The notes beneath the pieces were generated by a model that saw nothing but the letters and a program-made list of their open reading frames with translations, was not told the DNA's origin and did not search any database. The translations under genes and the position numbers were made by a program. A DNA stretch of 62,927 bases, filler included, from Asterionella formosa (taxonomy: Eukaryota), in assembly GCA_002256025.1 (NCBI GenBank). It is 5 parts of 5 records of this genome, joined end to end, with 100 filler letters (N's around TTAATTAATTAA, not from the genome) between each part and the next. Parts side by side here need not be neighbours in the genome. Positions count along the whole stretch, not along the records: positions 25,229 to 37,732 come from NKIB01007464.1; positions 37,833 to 50,335 come from NKIB01007471.1; 3 more parts are not named here. One strand, given 5' to 3'. The stretch's first letter is position 1. Every line of letters starts with the position of its first letter. Of this stretch, positions 26,036 to 39,703 are shown one piece after another.

Positions 26036-27080
26036 CTTTGGTCAGGTGACAAACAGGTTTCAGGTTGTGCACTAGATGACAAGGGAACAAACCTTGGGCT
26101 TCTGTTGCGTTAGCTTGTTCGTGTACTTTCTGTCTGCGTGGTAGATCACAGCAGATGCAGATCTTTGAACCCGAAGATCCAAACTGACTTGTATGAATAT
26201 TCCGAATTATCTCCTAGGGTCTGCTTTTGTGTTGTCAGGCTATTGGGAGGTGAAAAAATCGCCTCATTATTGTTGTGAAATGATCGTCGAATGTGTTGGT
26301 GAGGCAGCTGTATTTTCGCCTGCTACACCTACAAGTAGCTAAGAACTGATAACGCGCCCCCATAGCCGTTACGCACCTATCTTGGAGTACATACAGGTTT
26401 TCCAAGTTATTTCTACGTGAAATGCCAGTACTTTAGTACATGACTATACATACCGTATAGTTCCATATGTATGGCTGGGGAGCTATATCTCGCTAGTTAT
26501 GTTACGTTGAGTACCTACACCGGCACGGTACCAGGTGGTTTGCTTCATTGTTCATGACACCATAAGCAATCATAATGACGGACTCCTACATATGTACCAG
26601 AAATCTGTTATCTGGTACCTGCTGATGCCACCAGGTGGTACCTCGTACCATGTGTACAAGGGCACATTGTGTCATCTTTTGTTTGTGGTTGCGTACTAAG
26701 TACGCACGACATAAGTATGTACATTCCAGAAATGGACCGCGGGGTTATTCATATGAATACCGGTACGGTAAACAAATCTGGTTTCAAGTATGTACATAGC
26801 TTGGCTCATTTCAGATTGCAGATACCGGTACGCACCCCGCTCAATGTCGTACATACATCATTTGTATAATAAGAACTGCGAGGTGACATCTAGACTCTGA
26901 ACTCGGTACAATGTTACCACACATGAAGCACTTTCCGTGTGCAAACTCGATCAAGATGCCGGGGCAGTTACAACACGTTCTGGCCTTTAGACTGTAGATT
27001 TGTATGTTAATCCCCCAGATGCTCTCCAAATGTTGAGATTACGAGAAATTGGGGGGTCTCGTTTAGGTACCTTGATTTTG

Positions 27081-27195
27081 TAACTTAGTCAAAAGCATAG
27101 AATTTCTGGTAAGCATTTCTTGAGCACCCTCTTTATAACCACAGGATGCATCCCTGAAAATGCTTATGAGAAATTCTATACTTTTGAAGAAGTTA
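27081..27195. repeat. ~115-bp imperfect palindrome
   Basis: taactt..tcaaaagcatagaatttct..taagcattt pairs with aaatgctta..agaaattctatacttttga..aagtta. Centre near ttataa. Confidence 0.75.
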
Positions 27196-27360
27196 TATTT
27201 CCATCAAAACAAGCTGTCATATTGCATACGTCATGAATCGAATTTTGGGCTGTAGCTAGTATATTGCAATGTAATTTTATTAAAACATGATCACTATAAT
27301 TCTATCCTAAGTAATTCCAATTCATCAGCCATGCAAAATCGTTAAATCAATCAAATAATC

Positions 27361-30300
27361 ATGTCTGATCAAAATGGAGACCAGTTAAGAGCTGTATTTG
27401 CAAAGGTATACTGCTCAACTGTTCCTAAAGGCTTTGCTAATCTCCGTGGTATCTACTCTTGCAGTGAGTGTGACTATTTGGCTACAAATGCAGGATCTAA
27501 AAGAGCTGAGTACCACAGAATGATGGTGGGAGGTGACAATGATGCCAGGCATGCAACCTTTATGCAGGGGAAGGTGAGCCTAATCATTCCATCACAATCA
27601 ACATTTCCCACTTGTCAGCCTCTGCTCCAATAAGCAAGCCAGTAGGTTCTGTAAATGAGTTATCATGCCTTGCAGACCGAAGCAAAGGCAACAACCGCCA
27701 CTGCCAATAATATTCTACAATCGTTGGGAATGAATCAACATCCAAGCTTCGGTGGCTCCACTTCCACAGCTGCAAGAATTGTGTAGGCAGAGTGAGCAGA
27801 AAAATGGCATACTACTTGAAGAACCATTGACAGATCAGCATCAAGAATCTGTGGCTCCAGCTCTGCAGCTGAAAGAATTGATGAGGCAGAATGAACAGCA
27901 AAATGACATTCTTGAACAACCATTAACAGATTTACACAAACAAATGGAATATAATTCGTCTTCAGCTGCAAGAATCGTTGAGCAGAGTGAGCAACGAAAT
28001 CACATTCTTGAACAGCAATTAAGAGACTTACGCAAACAAATTGCAAGATCTAAACAAGACACATTTCTGAATAGGAGTACAAGGAAGAAAGCAAAATGGT
28101 CGATGAGCTGGAATGATGTGCACACCAGCTTAATCTACTCAAATGCGAGCAGAGTAAGTGGCCAAAAATAGCCATCACAGAGCATGCAGCAACTGTGCGA
28201 GCCGCGACTAGAGCACTATTGGCTATCCTCCTCGGAAATACTTGGGAATCAACAAGAGCTCACCTTTTAGTTGACTGTTGTTTCCAAGGATATATATATG
28301 AAAAACATCTTTATGAAGAACATTGTGAGCAGTGAGTAGAGGATTTATAAGAGACAACATTTTCAAGGCATACCTTCTGAAAAAGACAATTGATAGCGCA
28401 ACAGTTGCTGGAGATCTCAACTACTACAAGGCCATTGATGAATTGCGCGTTCTTGAGAAGCACCCAAACCTCAAGTGTTGTATGCCGGGCTCCTCAACAA
28501 TAAAACAGAAAATTAAAGAATTAGAGGATTATGCAAAGCAAGCAAGTGATTGTTACATAGACACACAAGGCAGATGACTGGTGAATATGGGGAAACTTAC
28601 CAATTCGCTTTTGAGAAATGCTTTCATTATCTCCTCATTGGCAAATTCGGATAACTGGAACATAGTCTGCAAGGAAACACATAGTCTGCCAGGAAACACA
28701 AGTCAAAAATTATTAGTTTCATTTACCCTTCTTGATGGAGCTACATTAACGAAGTACTTGCGCCACCTCCTGGCAGGGATCAGCCAAGTCAGTTGTACCT
28801 CTACTAATACAACAACAGCCAAAAGACAGCCTATAGGGGAGGTTTTTTCTGTGTAAACCAGATTATTAATAAAGGATGAGCATGAGCACAGTGCATGTCA
28901 TTTATGCATAGATACTTACTTCACCAGTCACGTATCTCTACCAGTTGACATAGCACGCACCTTTCTTCTTTCTTCCTTGTACTTTCGTCCATCCTTTGTC
29001 AGAATCTTGTACATTTGTATCCTCCATATTATTCAACACATTCCTGTGATCCTGTTAGTTTTCAGTTGCTGGATCAACATTCATAATCTCATCCCTAAAT
29101 TTCTTGAAAATAGAACCCTGCAGAGGCTTAGAAAAGAATCTGCTACCATCTTGCTCACCAGTCAGACAATATTGGATTGACACCTCGTTAGCCTCAATTC
29201 AATCAGTCACAAAGCAAGAAGTATCGAATATTAATGTGATGACGAGTGCGCTTACTACTGGATGCCTTAACATTTTTCTCCAATAAAATGGCACTTTGAT
29301 TGTCCTGATAGATCCCTGAGTCTGAGAAATGATACCCCTGGGCCTCCAGGAAATATCCTGTCCAAAATATTTTTGGCTTGGCATTGTTGACATCCGCCCA
29401 CCAGCTCGCCTTCTCTAGAGCTCTTTGTCTTGATCCTTTGTATGTTCGAAGTGCTATAACTGTCCCTTTATCCAGGGTCATGGCAGCGCTGGTGTGACTC
29501 TTCATGTCTGGGTGTAATGCAAATGAGGCATCAACCCACCACTTAATCACTCATTAGGAGTCTTTTGCCTCCAGTATCAATGGCAAATAGACGGTTCCTT
29601 GCAGGTATTTCCTAACTTGGTGCCCGAGTTTTTAATAATCTGCCATGTCAGGGCGGGGCTTTAACACGTGTACAAAGCAAGGAATGCCACTAATGTTTGG
29701 ATAAATGGACAAGCTCACTTACTGCATAGGAACAAGAGTTTGCAACATTATGATGGAACATCATTGATTGCTTTTCATCGTGATTGCTTTTCATCGAGTT
29801 TGGTAGGGTTACTCTCATTTACCTCGAAAAGGTGACTGGATACCATTTGTTATATGTAGTCCTTCATTGAAATCAAAGCTTTTCCGGTGCCCTTCTTTAG
29901 TGTAGTCAAGAATTATCCCTAAACACTACTCATGTATTTTTCTTTGTGTCTTTGTGAGTGGGGATTCAACATTGAACTCTGCCTCCAGATGTTTGATGAC
30001 CGCAGTGACCATGCTTGCGTCAACATGTGATATCTAAAGATTTTCTACATGCCACAGGATGGTAATACACTGCGCCCAATTAATCAACTTGTTCATAACA
30101 CACCAGTCATATGGCTGGGTTCACTTCGAATCCGCCCCAGTCAGTTCTTCAGTTTAGCCGTGAGTTTTTCCGGAGCAATAATGTTCCTTTTAGAGTTCCA
30201 TAAAATGCCTTTTTCAGTTCAAACGTACAGAGCTTCTTGCTTTTCTTATTGCATGTGCACAAGCTTACTGTACATTTTTGGATCAATTCGCACAAGGAGC

Positions 30301-32260
30301 TCAGCCATTTTTCCTTCAAGCTACATGTGAACTGTGTCATCCATGTCTGCCTGCATGAATGCCCCAGGTATATCCATTGTAGCCACATCGCAATTTTCTA
30401 TTGCATCAATTACACATGACCAAAGCACTGATTTGATTGCTACAGTTGCATCTGTCTTCCTTGTTTGTGTATGCTCTCTGTTTTATAGTAACACAGTCTG
30501 CACAGCCTTGTCCTTTGATGGTTCCATTTCGTTTCTGTTTGAGAAACATTAGAAATTGCAGGGCACTTTTTTTCTTCTTTTGCACTTATTGGTTGTATCA
30601 CGACTATTCTGTCATGTAGCTTTTGTAATTCCCTTAGTATCCATGCCCACATCGCCAAATAACTTCTTAATCCCTTTCGTCTTGCTGTGTTGCGTCATCA
30701 CGGTGCTTTCAAGAGTTGTGTGAATGTGGCAATAGTCCCAGGGGTCATGTCTAGGTCGCAAATCATATCTGGTTCCTTGTGGTCCATATTTTTCGTCCAT
30801 TTCTTCATCTAATGGCATGGGTCCCCCCTTGTTACTGAGTATCGATTTCATCATTATATTTGTTCGCCATGCCAGCTGTGAAATTCTCCTCATCCACCAT
30901 TCCTGCTTGTTCAGCTTCATGTTTCTCATTGATGATCTCCTTGATTTCGTTGTATTTATTTTGACTGGCATAGTATTCATTGTCATCGTTATATTGTCGG
31001 CATTGTTGGCATTATTTTCGTTGTATTCATGTTGACCTGCCTAGTATTCATTGTTGTTGTTATCATCGTTGGCATTGTACACTCCTGCAATGAATAGTAC
31101 ATCAGGGACATTGTCATCAGCATAGCTGAAATTTTCATCTTCGTCGGCCTGATGATCATCCTGGTCATTGTCCTGCTCTGGGATGTAGGATTCATCATCG
31201 CTGTCATCATCATCCAGATCAACAAATGGATCGCCGAGACAATCGGTAAAATTCAGCCCTGGATTTCCAGCACCAACGGTTTGTAATGTGAATTCGATTG
31301 ATGACTTTGGCGGGCATGGGCAGTGGTTCCAGTGATTGTGGTTCAGCACCCAACCGCTAGTGAGGCTGTAAAAGTAGTGGTAGGCACCTTGTGCATTTCC
31401 AGTGGGTGCGTCGTATCGCAATTGCCCCTATTGTTCTGGTTGTCATAGAATTATGATGTTTCTCATGCACCTGCAAATATGTTCCAAACTCAAATTGACA
31501 GGGCTGTGTGTAATCTAGTTGAGTGCCAATCACAATAGCAAGGAGACTAAGAGTAGAGGATATCCCATCCTATGGGCGGAGGAAAGCTATTGAGCCAGAA
31601 AACACTGTAATATACCATTTCAATAGTAATCATCCTGGACGGCATTCTCCTACAAGGTAGTGTGTTGTAGACACAACGCACCCGCTCTTTGATGGCGGTA
31701 TTGTGTTGTAGCTAGACACAACGCACCCGCTCTTTGATGGTCCGGAAGTAACATTCCACTTATGGAACATGTTCATCACTTGATACTGTGTTTAGAGTGA
31801 TTTGCATCTCCGCTAAATCACCTCGAATCGACTCGAACTGGCCATCCATGCATCAATAGGGCGGGGGGTGGAAAGCTTAAGCCTGCGCTTCAACATATAG
31901 ACACTTTTCACGTGTCTAATTGCTGAGAAATATATAAATGGATTGTATACGACAATTTATGGTGCTTTTTGTCAAGAATTAGATGTGAACGACGACTTCG
32001 GAACACAGGAAATAAATGAGGCAAAACGGGCCGAAGGGAATAACTTGACAACCAAATACAGGCGGGGGTTGATAAATTTTGCAAGGCAAGAAGAAGACTT
32101 CACAGATGTCGAAATGATAGAGGAGTTCTAAAATATATGTGGTGACTTCTTGGGGAAGTGGGTTGCTTTGAAAGGCACAACAAGGAATGTCACAAACTAC
32201 GTGAAACGATGTGCTGCATATGATTGGGGCAGGTCACCTGGTGTATTACGAGATATTTAA
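27361..32260 (+). mobile_element. Decayed putative DNA-transposon ORF (27361-~28900 and ~31860-32260), interrupted by a copia element
   Basis: Broken + strand ORF with Cys motifs and three ~99-bp coiled-coil repeats. The distal part reads WVALKG...VTNY/LHMIGAGHLVYY. That the two parts belong together is inferred. Confidence 0.4.
28900..31850 (-). mobile_element. Ty1/copia (CoDi-type) LTR retrotransposon remnant: integrase C-terminus, RT, RNase H, PPT and partial 3' LTR
   Basis: PTGNAQGAYHYFYSL, DIPGAFMQAD, LKKAFYGTL, WWVDASFALHPDMKSHT, YQDNQSAILLEKN, KRTRH.INIRYF, SKPLQG..F.KFR. cacaggaatg-TGTTG boundary at about 29038. Confidence 0.9.
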
Positions 32261-33572
32261 CTTAATCTTTTCTTAAGTTAAAAAAGTGTTTACCGGACCT
32301 TCCAGGTACCAGGTTACCAGGTATACCTGTTAAAGTGAGGGATCCCAGCGCTCAACTACGTATACCCTAATAGGGATAGGATTACATAGATTATATCGGA
32401 TTTCTATCAGGAGAGAACTCGACAAACAACGCCTATTGAATACTTAAGTGTCAACCTAGGAGATGGCATAGTAGTCACTTTTCTACAAACTATGCATATT
32501 ACTTGACATATTAATATTCATTATATCTAACCTTTTCAAAGGTGAAGGGTTTTCCCTTAGTGTGGGAGAGTGAGCAACCCTGCTCAAATACACATACCCC
32601 TATAGGTTTAGGGCTACATAGATTATATCAGAAATCTATCAGGACAAGAGAACTCCACTAACACCTAGTGTCAACCTAGGAGAATGAGTTGCACACAAAG
32701 GATTAAATAATAAGCTCATATATTCAATAAAAACTACTACTAGGGATACTTCTAGTTGGATACGTCACCTGCTGTTACCAGGGAACAAAGGGTAACAGCA
32801 GAAACCCATTGACAACTGATTTATCCCATTTGTTTGATTAATTGGACTAAAACGTAGCTCGCCTAACTATCTCTGATATTTGTTCTGTGCTGGTGGTATT
32901 GAAGTCAGAAGGCATACGTACTATCTTGTATTAGCATCCTGTTCCTAGTTAAATTGAACATCTGGTTCAGAAGGTGGGGAATTTTACGTTATTTTAATTG
33001 CTCCGGGGAGGTGCCAGAAACTCCGAATTACAAAAAGACATGTACAAAAATTATTTTTTATCTAAACTCGACCTCACATCCGCCTGATTCGACTCTTTTC
33101 TTGCTGCCTACACACGTTCGTGTGACACCACATCATATCATCAAACAAATTTGTGTGTGGCTCAATACAGCACAGATAGCGATTCAGGCGTGGAATAACG
33201 AAGGAGGGATAACACTGGTGGGAGATGAAGCTCGGCTACGCCTCGCTCAACAAATCGAGATATTGGAGGGACGAGAAGTCCAAGAACACATTTTCGGTTA
33301 CCACAAATTCTTTTTCTTCTCTTATGTCATTTCGGCCCAGGTGCGATTAGACGTATAGATTTAGTAACATACTTTAAAATTTTCATTTCCCCCCAAACTT
33401 ATCGACTTTCCTCGACCAGGATTTCCGATTTTCTTTGTCCTCATCGGACGATGTGAACAAGATTCATCTCGACATTGCAGAGACTTCGTGAAGTCAATAG
33501 TTTTCTCCTTCCAAACATTCCTGCCTTTGTTGATTATCGCTTGTAATAAATTGATTATGGTAAAAACCCTGC

Positions 33573-33803
33573 CTTACTATCCTTTTCCCTCTGATTTTCT
33601 GTCGCAACTGTGTAGAAACGGTGCTCCGTAGTGGTTTCATGACGACAACTCTCACTGTGGGAATATCGCTAGTAATCAATTGATTACATGAAAATCGTTA
33701 CTATCCTTTTTCAATATCATTTTCTGTCGCAACTGTGTAGAAACGGTGCTTTGTACTGGTTCCATGAAGACAACTCTCACCATGGGAATATCGTTAGTAT
33801 CTA
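33573..33803 (+). repeat. ~125-bp tandem duplication
   Basis: ttactatcctttt...ttttctgtcgcaactgtgtagaaacggtgct...acaactctcac..tgggaatatcg occurs twice. Confidence 0.85.
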
Positions 33804-34462
33804 GCAATCATTTCTATAGCGCATTAATACTAGCCCATTTTTTTCGCATTGTTCTCCATGGCCCAGAAAATTGGGGCGGTGGATTTTTTGATGCGTGGTC
33901 ACCTCCTCGTATGGAAGCTGGGTTTGAAAAAAATTTGCGCTAACGTTTATCTTGTCCCAATTTCTGTGGCTGAACAGCTCGTGTCAGCTGGAAAATTGAA
34001 TGATAAGTGCTGTGGATTGATGAAATGCCTTTTGTGTGGGCCACACTCGGGGTGTTTCTGTTGTTAATATTCCTGTGGCTCCTTGCTCTGAACCATGTGC
34101 AGCAAAAATCCTTGATTGACGTCTGACCTTGACTTGGTTAGCTTGAAGCCTGGAAGTCTCGACCAAGTAGTGTGCCTTTTCAAGAAATCGTAATTTTTAA
34201 TTCAATTTTGCTGGGAGCATATCATCTAATGGAAGTGAGAAAAGATGGGCATCATACCTGGTGCGAATTTCCCGCCGGATTGCATAGTACTTTTTTTTGT
34301 CGTCCTTGTCAAGCAATTCGAATTGGAATCGCTCAAGGAGATACGGAGTTTGCTTCAAAAGTGGCAAAGTCTATGTGAAAGCATGAAGACTTTCGAGAAA
34401 GTGCACTCCCTGGATCTGGTACTACAATATTGATAATGCGGCGATAAACGTTATAACATGAA

Positions 34463-34502
34463 TACATACATACATACATACATACATACATACATACATA
34501 CA
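34463..34502 (+). repeat. (TACA)10 microsatellite
   Basis: Read directly from the sequence. Confidence 0.95.
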
Positions 34503-35519
34503 AAATTATACAAGTATGATTACACAATTGAAGGGATGATGGGTATTAATATATCTGAGTGCGGCTAGAGTTAGATATTTTTTATCTGGGTGGGGCGAAT
34601 GCATTGAATTTTATTATACCTTCGAGTATAATATATTATTTTGACTGGTATTAAATTTCGAAGCAGTCCTAATTATTATTATTACTATTCTGCTCTTCTG
34701 AAGCAAGTGTTGCGGCTAGCGCGTGATCACTTATTTTCTGTATGCTCAAGTTGCGCAGCATACAAACGATCACGAAAATAAACGATAAGAATGGGCGATT
34801 CGTGATTTCGACCATGAACAAGGAACTGTGCGGCAATGGGATCAATCTTGATCTTGATCCAGAACTCATTCTCCAAAACAGATTCTAATTATTCAGATAA
34901 AGGAGACAAATTGTCCCAAGGAACAATTTCTTGATTTCAGAAGGCTTGCAGGCATGGTCGAGAATGGATTGGTTTGACACCCTGTTGTACACATTGACGA
35001 AAGCTTTGGCTTTTGTGTAGCTAGCATACAAAGTGGCCAACTTCGCCAGCATAATTACCATTCAATACTAAGGAAACGAAATCACTCGTCTTCAGAGAGA
35101 GTTCTTCATCTTCGTTTCGAACAGACAATGCGATGGGGGTGCGAGAGGCACTTATGTTTGGATATATTCATGACATATGAAATTGTTGAATAGATGGCAC
35201 ATGAATAATCATAACAATACTACATAATACCAGTAGTCTACATGATATACTATGATTGTATTACGACGTGGTGACATTTGTTATATGACGTCAGCTATGA
35301 CGTCATGATCACTAAATCGGATACACAATTTCGAAAAAAATTACTTACATTTTTCGATTTTTAAGCAAAAAGAGTCATTTAGAGTTTAGTTAGGAAACTT
35401 TTCTATCAGCCATTGATAGAAATGATTAATGATTTGCTACATATTTAATCAGAAAAGGTAGTCCCAAGTTCCCTGGACGAACTCATAGTGCATTTTCGGA
35501 AACTTTTGTGCAAAAGATG

Positions 35520-36230
35520 TAATGAACCTTGGGTCTGACTCAAGGGTAACATTTTATTGTGTCAAAATCAAGGTACACCTTGTATAGGCATGTCCAAACA
35601 AGGTTTACCTTAAATCAGAACTGATGATCTGATTGGTTTACCAATACAAGGTGGATGCGAAAATAGCAGAAATCAATACAAGGTACACCTTGTATTGAAC
35701 ATGAACCCTATTTGAAGAAACTATCCATGCCTTGCTTGTATTCGAGGGTAATTTTGAAAATCACCTTGTATTGGGAATAATTCCCTTTCCTTGTATTGTT
35801 GGCAAGAGCATGGATTTGCAACCCTTGCTAGTAACAACAGAGCTAGCCAGTGCAACGTAAACCTTATTTTGGTTATTTACTTTTCATCTTGTATTGGATT
35901 TGAATACAATGTATTTTTGCTTTCTGTGTATCCTGGCAACTGAACCAAATAAACTCAACATAGTTTTGTCAAAGTAGCTGACTCTGAAAGCATACCTTAT
36001 TAAGACTGAAAAGAAACTATATACACCATTCTTTTATTTGAGGGTCATTTTAGAAATTAGCTTGTACTGGAAAGAAGTGCCTATATCCTTGTATTGGCCT
36101 GAGCATAGATTTGCAACCCTAATGACAAAGCTAGCCAATACAATGTCACCTTGTTTTGGCATATTATTATTTCACCTTGTGCTGGATTCCAATACAATGT
36201 CTTTTCGTTTCCTGTGTAGGTACTCTAGGA
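35520..36230. repeat. Array of CAAGGT/ACCTTG(TATTG) motifs in both orientations, with a ~300-bp higher-order duplication
   Basis: Palindrome caaggtacaccttg at about 35569 and 35679. 35790-35930 resembles 36088-36220. Confidence 0.7.
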
Positions 36231-37732
36231 AGGCCTGATAATCAAGCTATTTTTCCACATTTTGGATTAAGGTTAGCAGCTTTCAAGGACAAGCATTTTC
36301 ACACTGCAAGTCATCCCTATGATGACCCAAGTTTTGGCATATCACCAACCATTCCACACCTGCCTCATCTTTTAACAATCTCCCTGATCATGCAACTCCA
36401 AGTTTTGGCATGCATTTGGTTTTGGTCCAACCATTAGCTTGGACTAACTTGAATCAATGCCTCACATAGGACTGCTTGCTGTTTTGAAAAGTGATTTGAG
36501 TTCCTACCAGTAGGAACTTCTGGCACTTGTATTTACGTATGATGCACTCGCGAACGACCACAACACAATAATCATAAAATAGACAATTTTACACAAAGAA
36601 ATACAGACTTACCCATAAGTCATTATTGCACACAGATGTACCCTTTCGAATTTAATTATCCATACTTTACCTTAAATGTCACTTGGTTCACACTATGCAT
36701 CATTTCTTTTTGATTGTTACTCGGTTAATTAAAAGTCTACTATCATTTATGAAAACCAGTGCCGGTAGGAGTACCAGTTACTACTCTATCAGCCTATCAA
36801 GCACACAAAAATCATTTATACACCAAATGGTCCTGGTATGTATTCTGTACTCTGTGTTTTTTTAAATCATGCGGGTATATGTGTTTTCATGTATGAATTA
36901 GAGTGTATTGTATATACTCCGAGAGTAACCACTAATACGGTATTTCGTCGAATACACTGGTACTGGTACCGGTATGGTACCTGCGCTCCTTCCTACCAGT
37001 AGCATACCTGCTACGGGGTGTCAGTACCGCTACAGTAACAGGTACACGAAGGACTGGGAAGGCCTTGGTGCGGTCATTTGCTGACGACGAAAAGATGCTC
37101 GCCTTTCACATACATTGCTACCGGTATATCCATATATGCACAGTGATCTTGTGTACTTTTACATGGGACTCCTCTATTTAGAACATTACTGTTCTTATTG
37201 AAACCGACAGTACTGGTATATACAGGGACATAAAGATTTACATGATACCAGGTATTGTCCATATTTATGTTCACTGTAAGTAAGTGAGTGACAAAAGGCT
37301 GTCTCTGTCACAGCCAAAAATTCATCAACCAAAGCAGAATTCTGTGTACCTGGTACCAGGTAGATCATACGGGGAGATGGGTCCCTGGTAGGTACTATTG
37401 TAGTAAGTACCTGGTACCCAGGTACAGGTACCGACATGCCGCTATGGATTGGTATACCGGGTAGTCTAATAAAAATATACCCCATCGCAAACCAGTACCG
37501 TTATTATGATACACCGGTATTCATAGGTATATGACCCGTTTGTTGGTTCTTCAACTGAAAAGTACAGTATAATCAATATTACTTATTCATTTCCCCGCAA
37601 CAATGGCCACGTATACATCGAGTCCAGACGAGAGGCAGAGACGGATCAAAGAGGAGATGGAAAGCTCCGAGCGAAGAAGCCGTGAGGTAGATACTGACCC
37701 TCGGAGCAGTGACGAAATCTCACCACTGGCTT

Positions 37733-37832
37733 NNNNNNNNNNNNNNNNNNNNNNNNNNNNNNNNNNNNNNNNNNNNTTAATTAATTAANNNNNNNNNNNN
37801 NNNNNNNNNNNNNNNNNNNNNNNNNNNNNNNN
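37733..37832. other. Artificial contig linker
   Basis: N-run with central TTAATTAATTAA. Confidence 0.98.
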
Positions 37833-38260
37833 GAGACATGCAATGCTCAACGATGCTCAACAAGTACCAACGGTGCTTTATTTCCAATCTGGCAGGCTAT
37901 TGTAATCTCTACAATCAACAATGACTTAATTATGTGTCTACAACATCAACTACTACTACTACGTGTGCTGAATTCTACAGTGTGAATCTTCCTCTTGCAT
38001 GTGTTATTCTTTGCCAGTTCAGATCAAAGAAATATGTCGGAGCGGAAAAAATAATAAGTGAATCGGAATTGGCGACTCTTTCGTTCATTATATGGTGAAA
38101 GCAGCATAATATTGCGGCAGAGCAGCATAATTTCGCTTTTAAACTGTTGCGATGGCTAGTTGGTCAACATATATTGTCACGAACACACATAATTATTGGT
38201 GTGATCACATAATTATTCGATAAGTGAAATAAATTTTTGTTTAACCCGAATAAATTAGGG

Positions 38261-38338
38261 AAAAAGTAGCATAATATTTCAAAAAAGTAACATAATATTT
38301 TAGAAAAGTAACATAATATTTTAAAAAAGTAGCATAAA
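38261..38338 (+). repeat. 21-bp tandem repeat x~4 (aaaaagta(g/a)cataatattt)
   Basis: Read directly from the sequence. Confidence 0.85.
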
Positions 38339-38399
38339 TACGTCACTTTACACATAAATTCGAAAAAGTGCCGTAAACGGCGTCTTAGATGTAGGACCA

Positions 38400-39703
38400 G
38401 CATGCATTTTGGTCACCCTTGAGTGGGTAATCCTTGTCTGGAATATGTCTAGTTTTTCCCATCCAACAAGTTGTGTTGGATATTGCTTTGTGATCACAAT
38501 TTTATGTGGCACCCTGCGAGAGCGCTATTTACAACATTAGGTTCAGTATTCCCCCCATTGCCTGTTTGATAGGAGAGTTAGTCGATACATTGCTCCAAGT
38601 TTTCGAGTTTTGTCTCTTTTGCAGGTCAGAAAGCCGCTCTTGTTTCGTATCGTCATGCTATTGTCCTCGAAGATCACTTGATTACCCTTGTCAATCATTC
38701 TTGAGACACTGATGATGTTCTGCTTGAACTCCAGTGCATGAAGCACATCGGTCAGTTTCAAAGGTTTTCCTTTGTCCATAGTGGTCGTCTGTCAGGGTCA
38801 CGGTACCAGAGACAGTTGATTCTATCTCAGTTCCATTCCCTACCATGACCGTTTCACTCACTTGTTTGTGCGATGTGAACAGTAGAACCGCTGTCTAACA
38901 ACCAGCGATTTCTGACGTCACGAGCGAGGTTGACTTCCTCGTTGTAACTAATTTCGACACACATGGTGGGTATGAACATTCCTTGCTGGGTAGATGTAGT
39001 CATGTTATTCTCTTCGCTTTTATTATGTTTAGATGCGCTGTTTCTGGTGCACTCACTTGCGTAGCGTCCCATGCGTTGGCACTTGAAACACTTGATCTTT
39101 TTCCTCTTTTCTTTCTGCTCAGGAGTGAGCTCCTTCTTGTTGGCACTATCGCCCTTGCTTGCTGCGACAGTCAGCTGCCTTGTGGCCATACTTGCCACAC
39201 TTACAACAGTCACCTTTGAACCTCCCTTTCGTGTAGAAGGCATGTTCACTCTTGTTCTTGTTAGTCGTTTTGAAATCATCCCGGAAATATAGATCGTAGT
39301 AATCGCGGATGTCTGTCATAATCTCGTCGACCATTAGCGTGTTGTGCGCCAGGCCAAACCTTCCTACTACCAAACTCTTGTAGCTACCTAGTAGTTTGTT
39401 GATCATGTGTGCCACATGGGCACCATCCGAAACAGCGGATCTCGTATTGCCCAATCATTCCCGGATAAAATCCAACTCCGAATACCAGCTGTCGGGTTCT
39501 CATTTTCCCTTAGAGTGCACTTCGTCCATTGGTGGGATAAGGCAACGGCATTTGCCATGTTGCCTGACTTAAACGTGTCCCATGCTTTTTTAGCATTGCC
39601 ATTAGGAAACTCGGCACTTCTTGCATTATTTACGTGTCCGAATGGTCCACTCTGGCATGCCATCATCAAACTTGCGTAAGCAACTGTGTTGTTCCTTCGG
39701 ATG
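38400..39703 (-). mobile_element. Ty1/copia gag-protease remnant (distal part of the element split by transposon copy 3)
   Basis: AYASLMMAC...PNGNAKKAWD, zinc knuckles FKGDCCKCGKYGHKAADC and CFKCQRMGRYASEC, protease WLLDSGSTVHI, LTDVLH...NIISVS. Confidence 0.9.

Noticed and set aside
32900..35200. Several short ORFs of 60-134 aa
   Set aside because: No recognisable motifs or consistent frame. Likely degraded repeats.
37603..37732. ORF start MATYTSSPDERQRR at the contig end
   Set aside because: Only 43 codons before the gap, so no product can be supported.
38261..38338. Short repeats as CRISPR-like arrays (also 11740-11845 and 35520-36230)
   Set aside because: No unique spacers of constant length, no cas genes, and a eukaryotic context.
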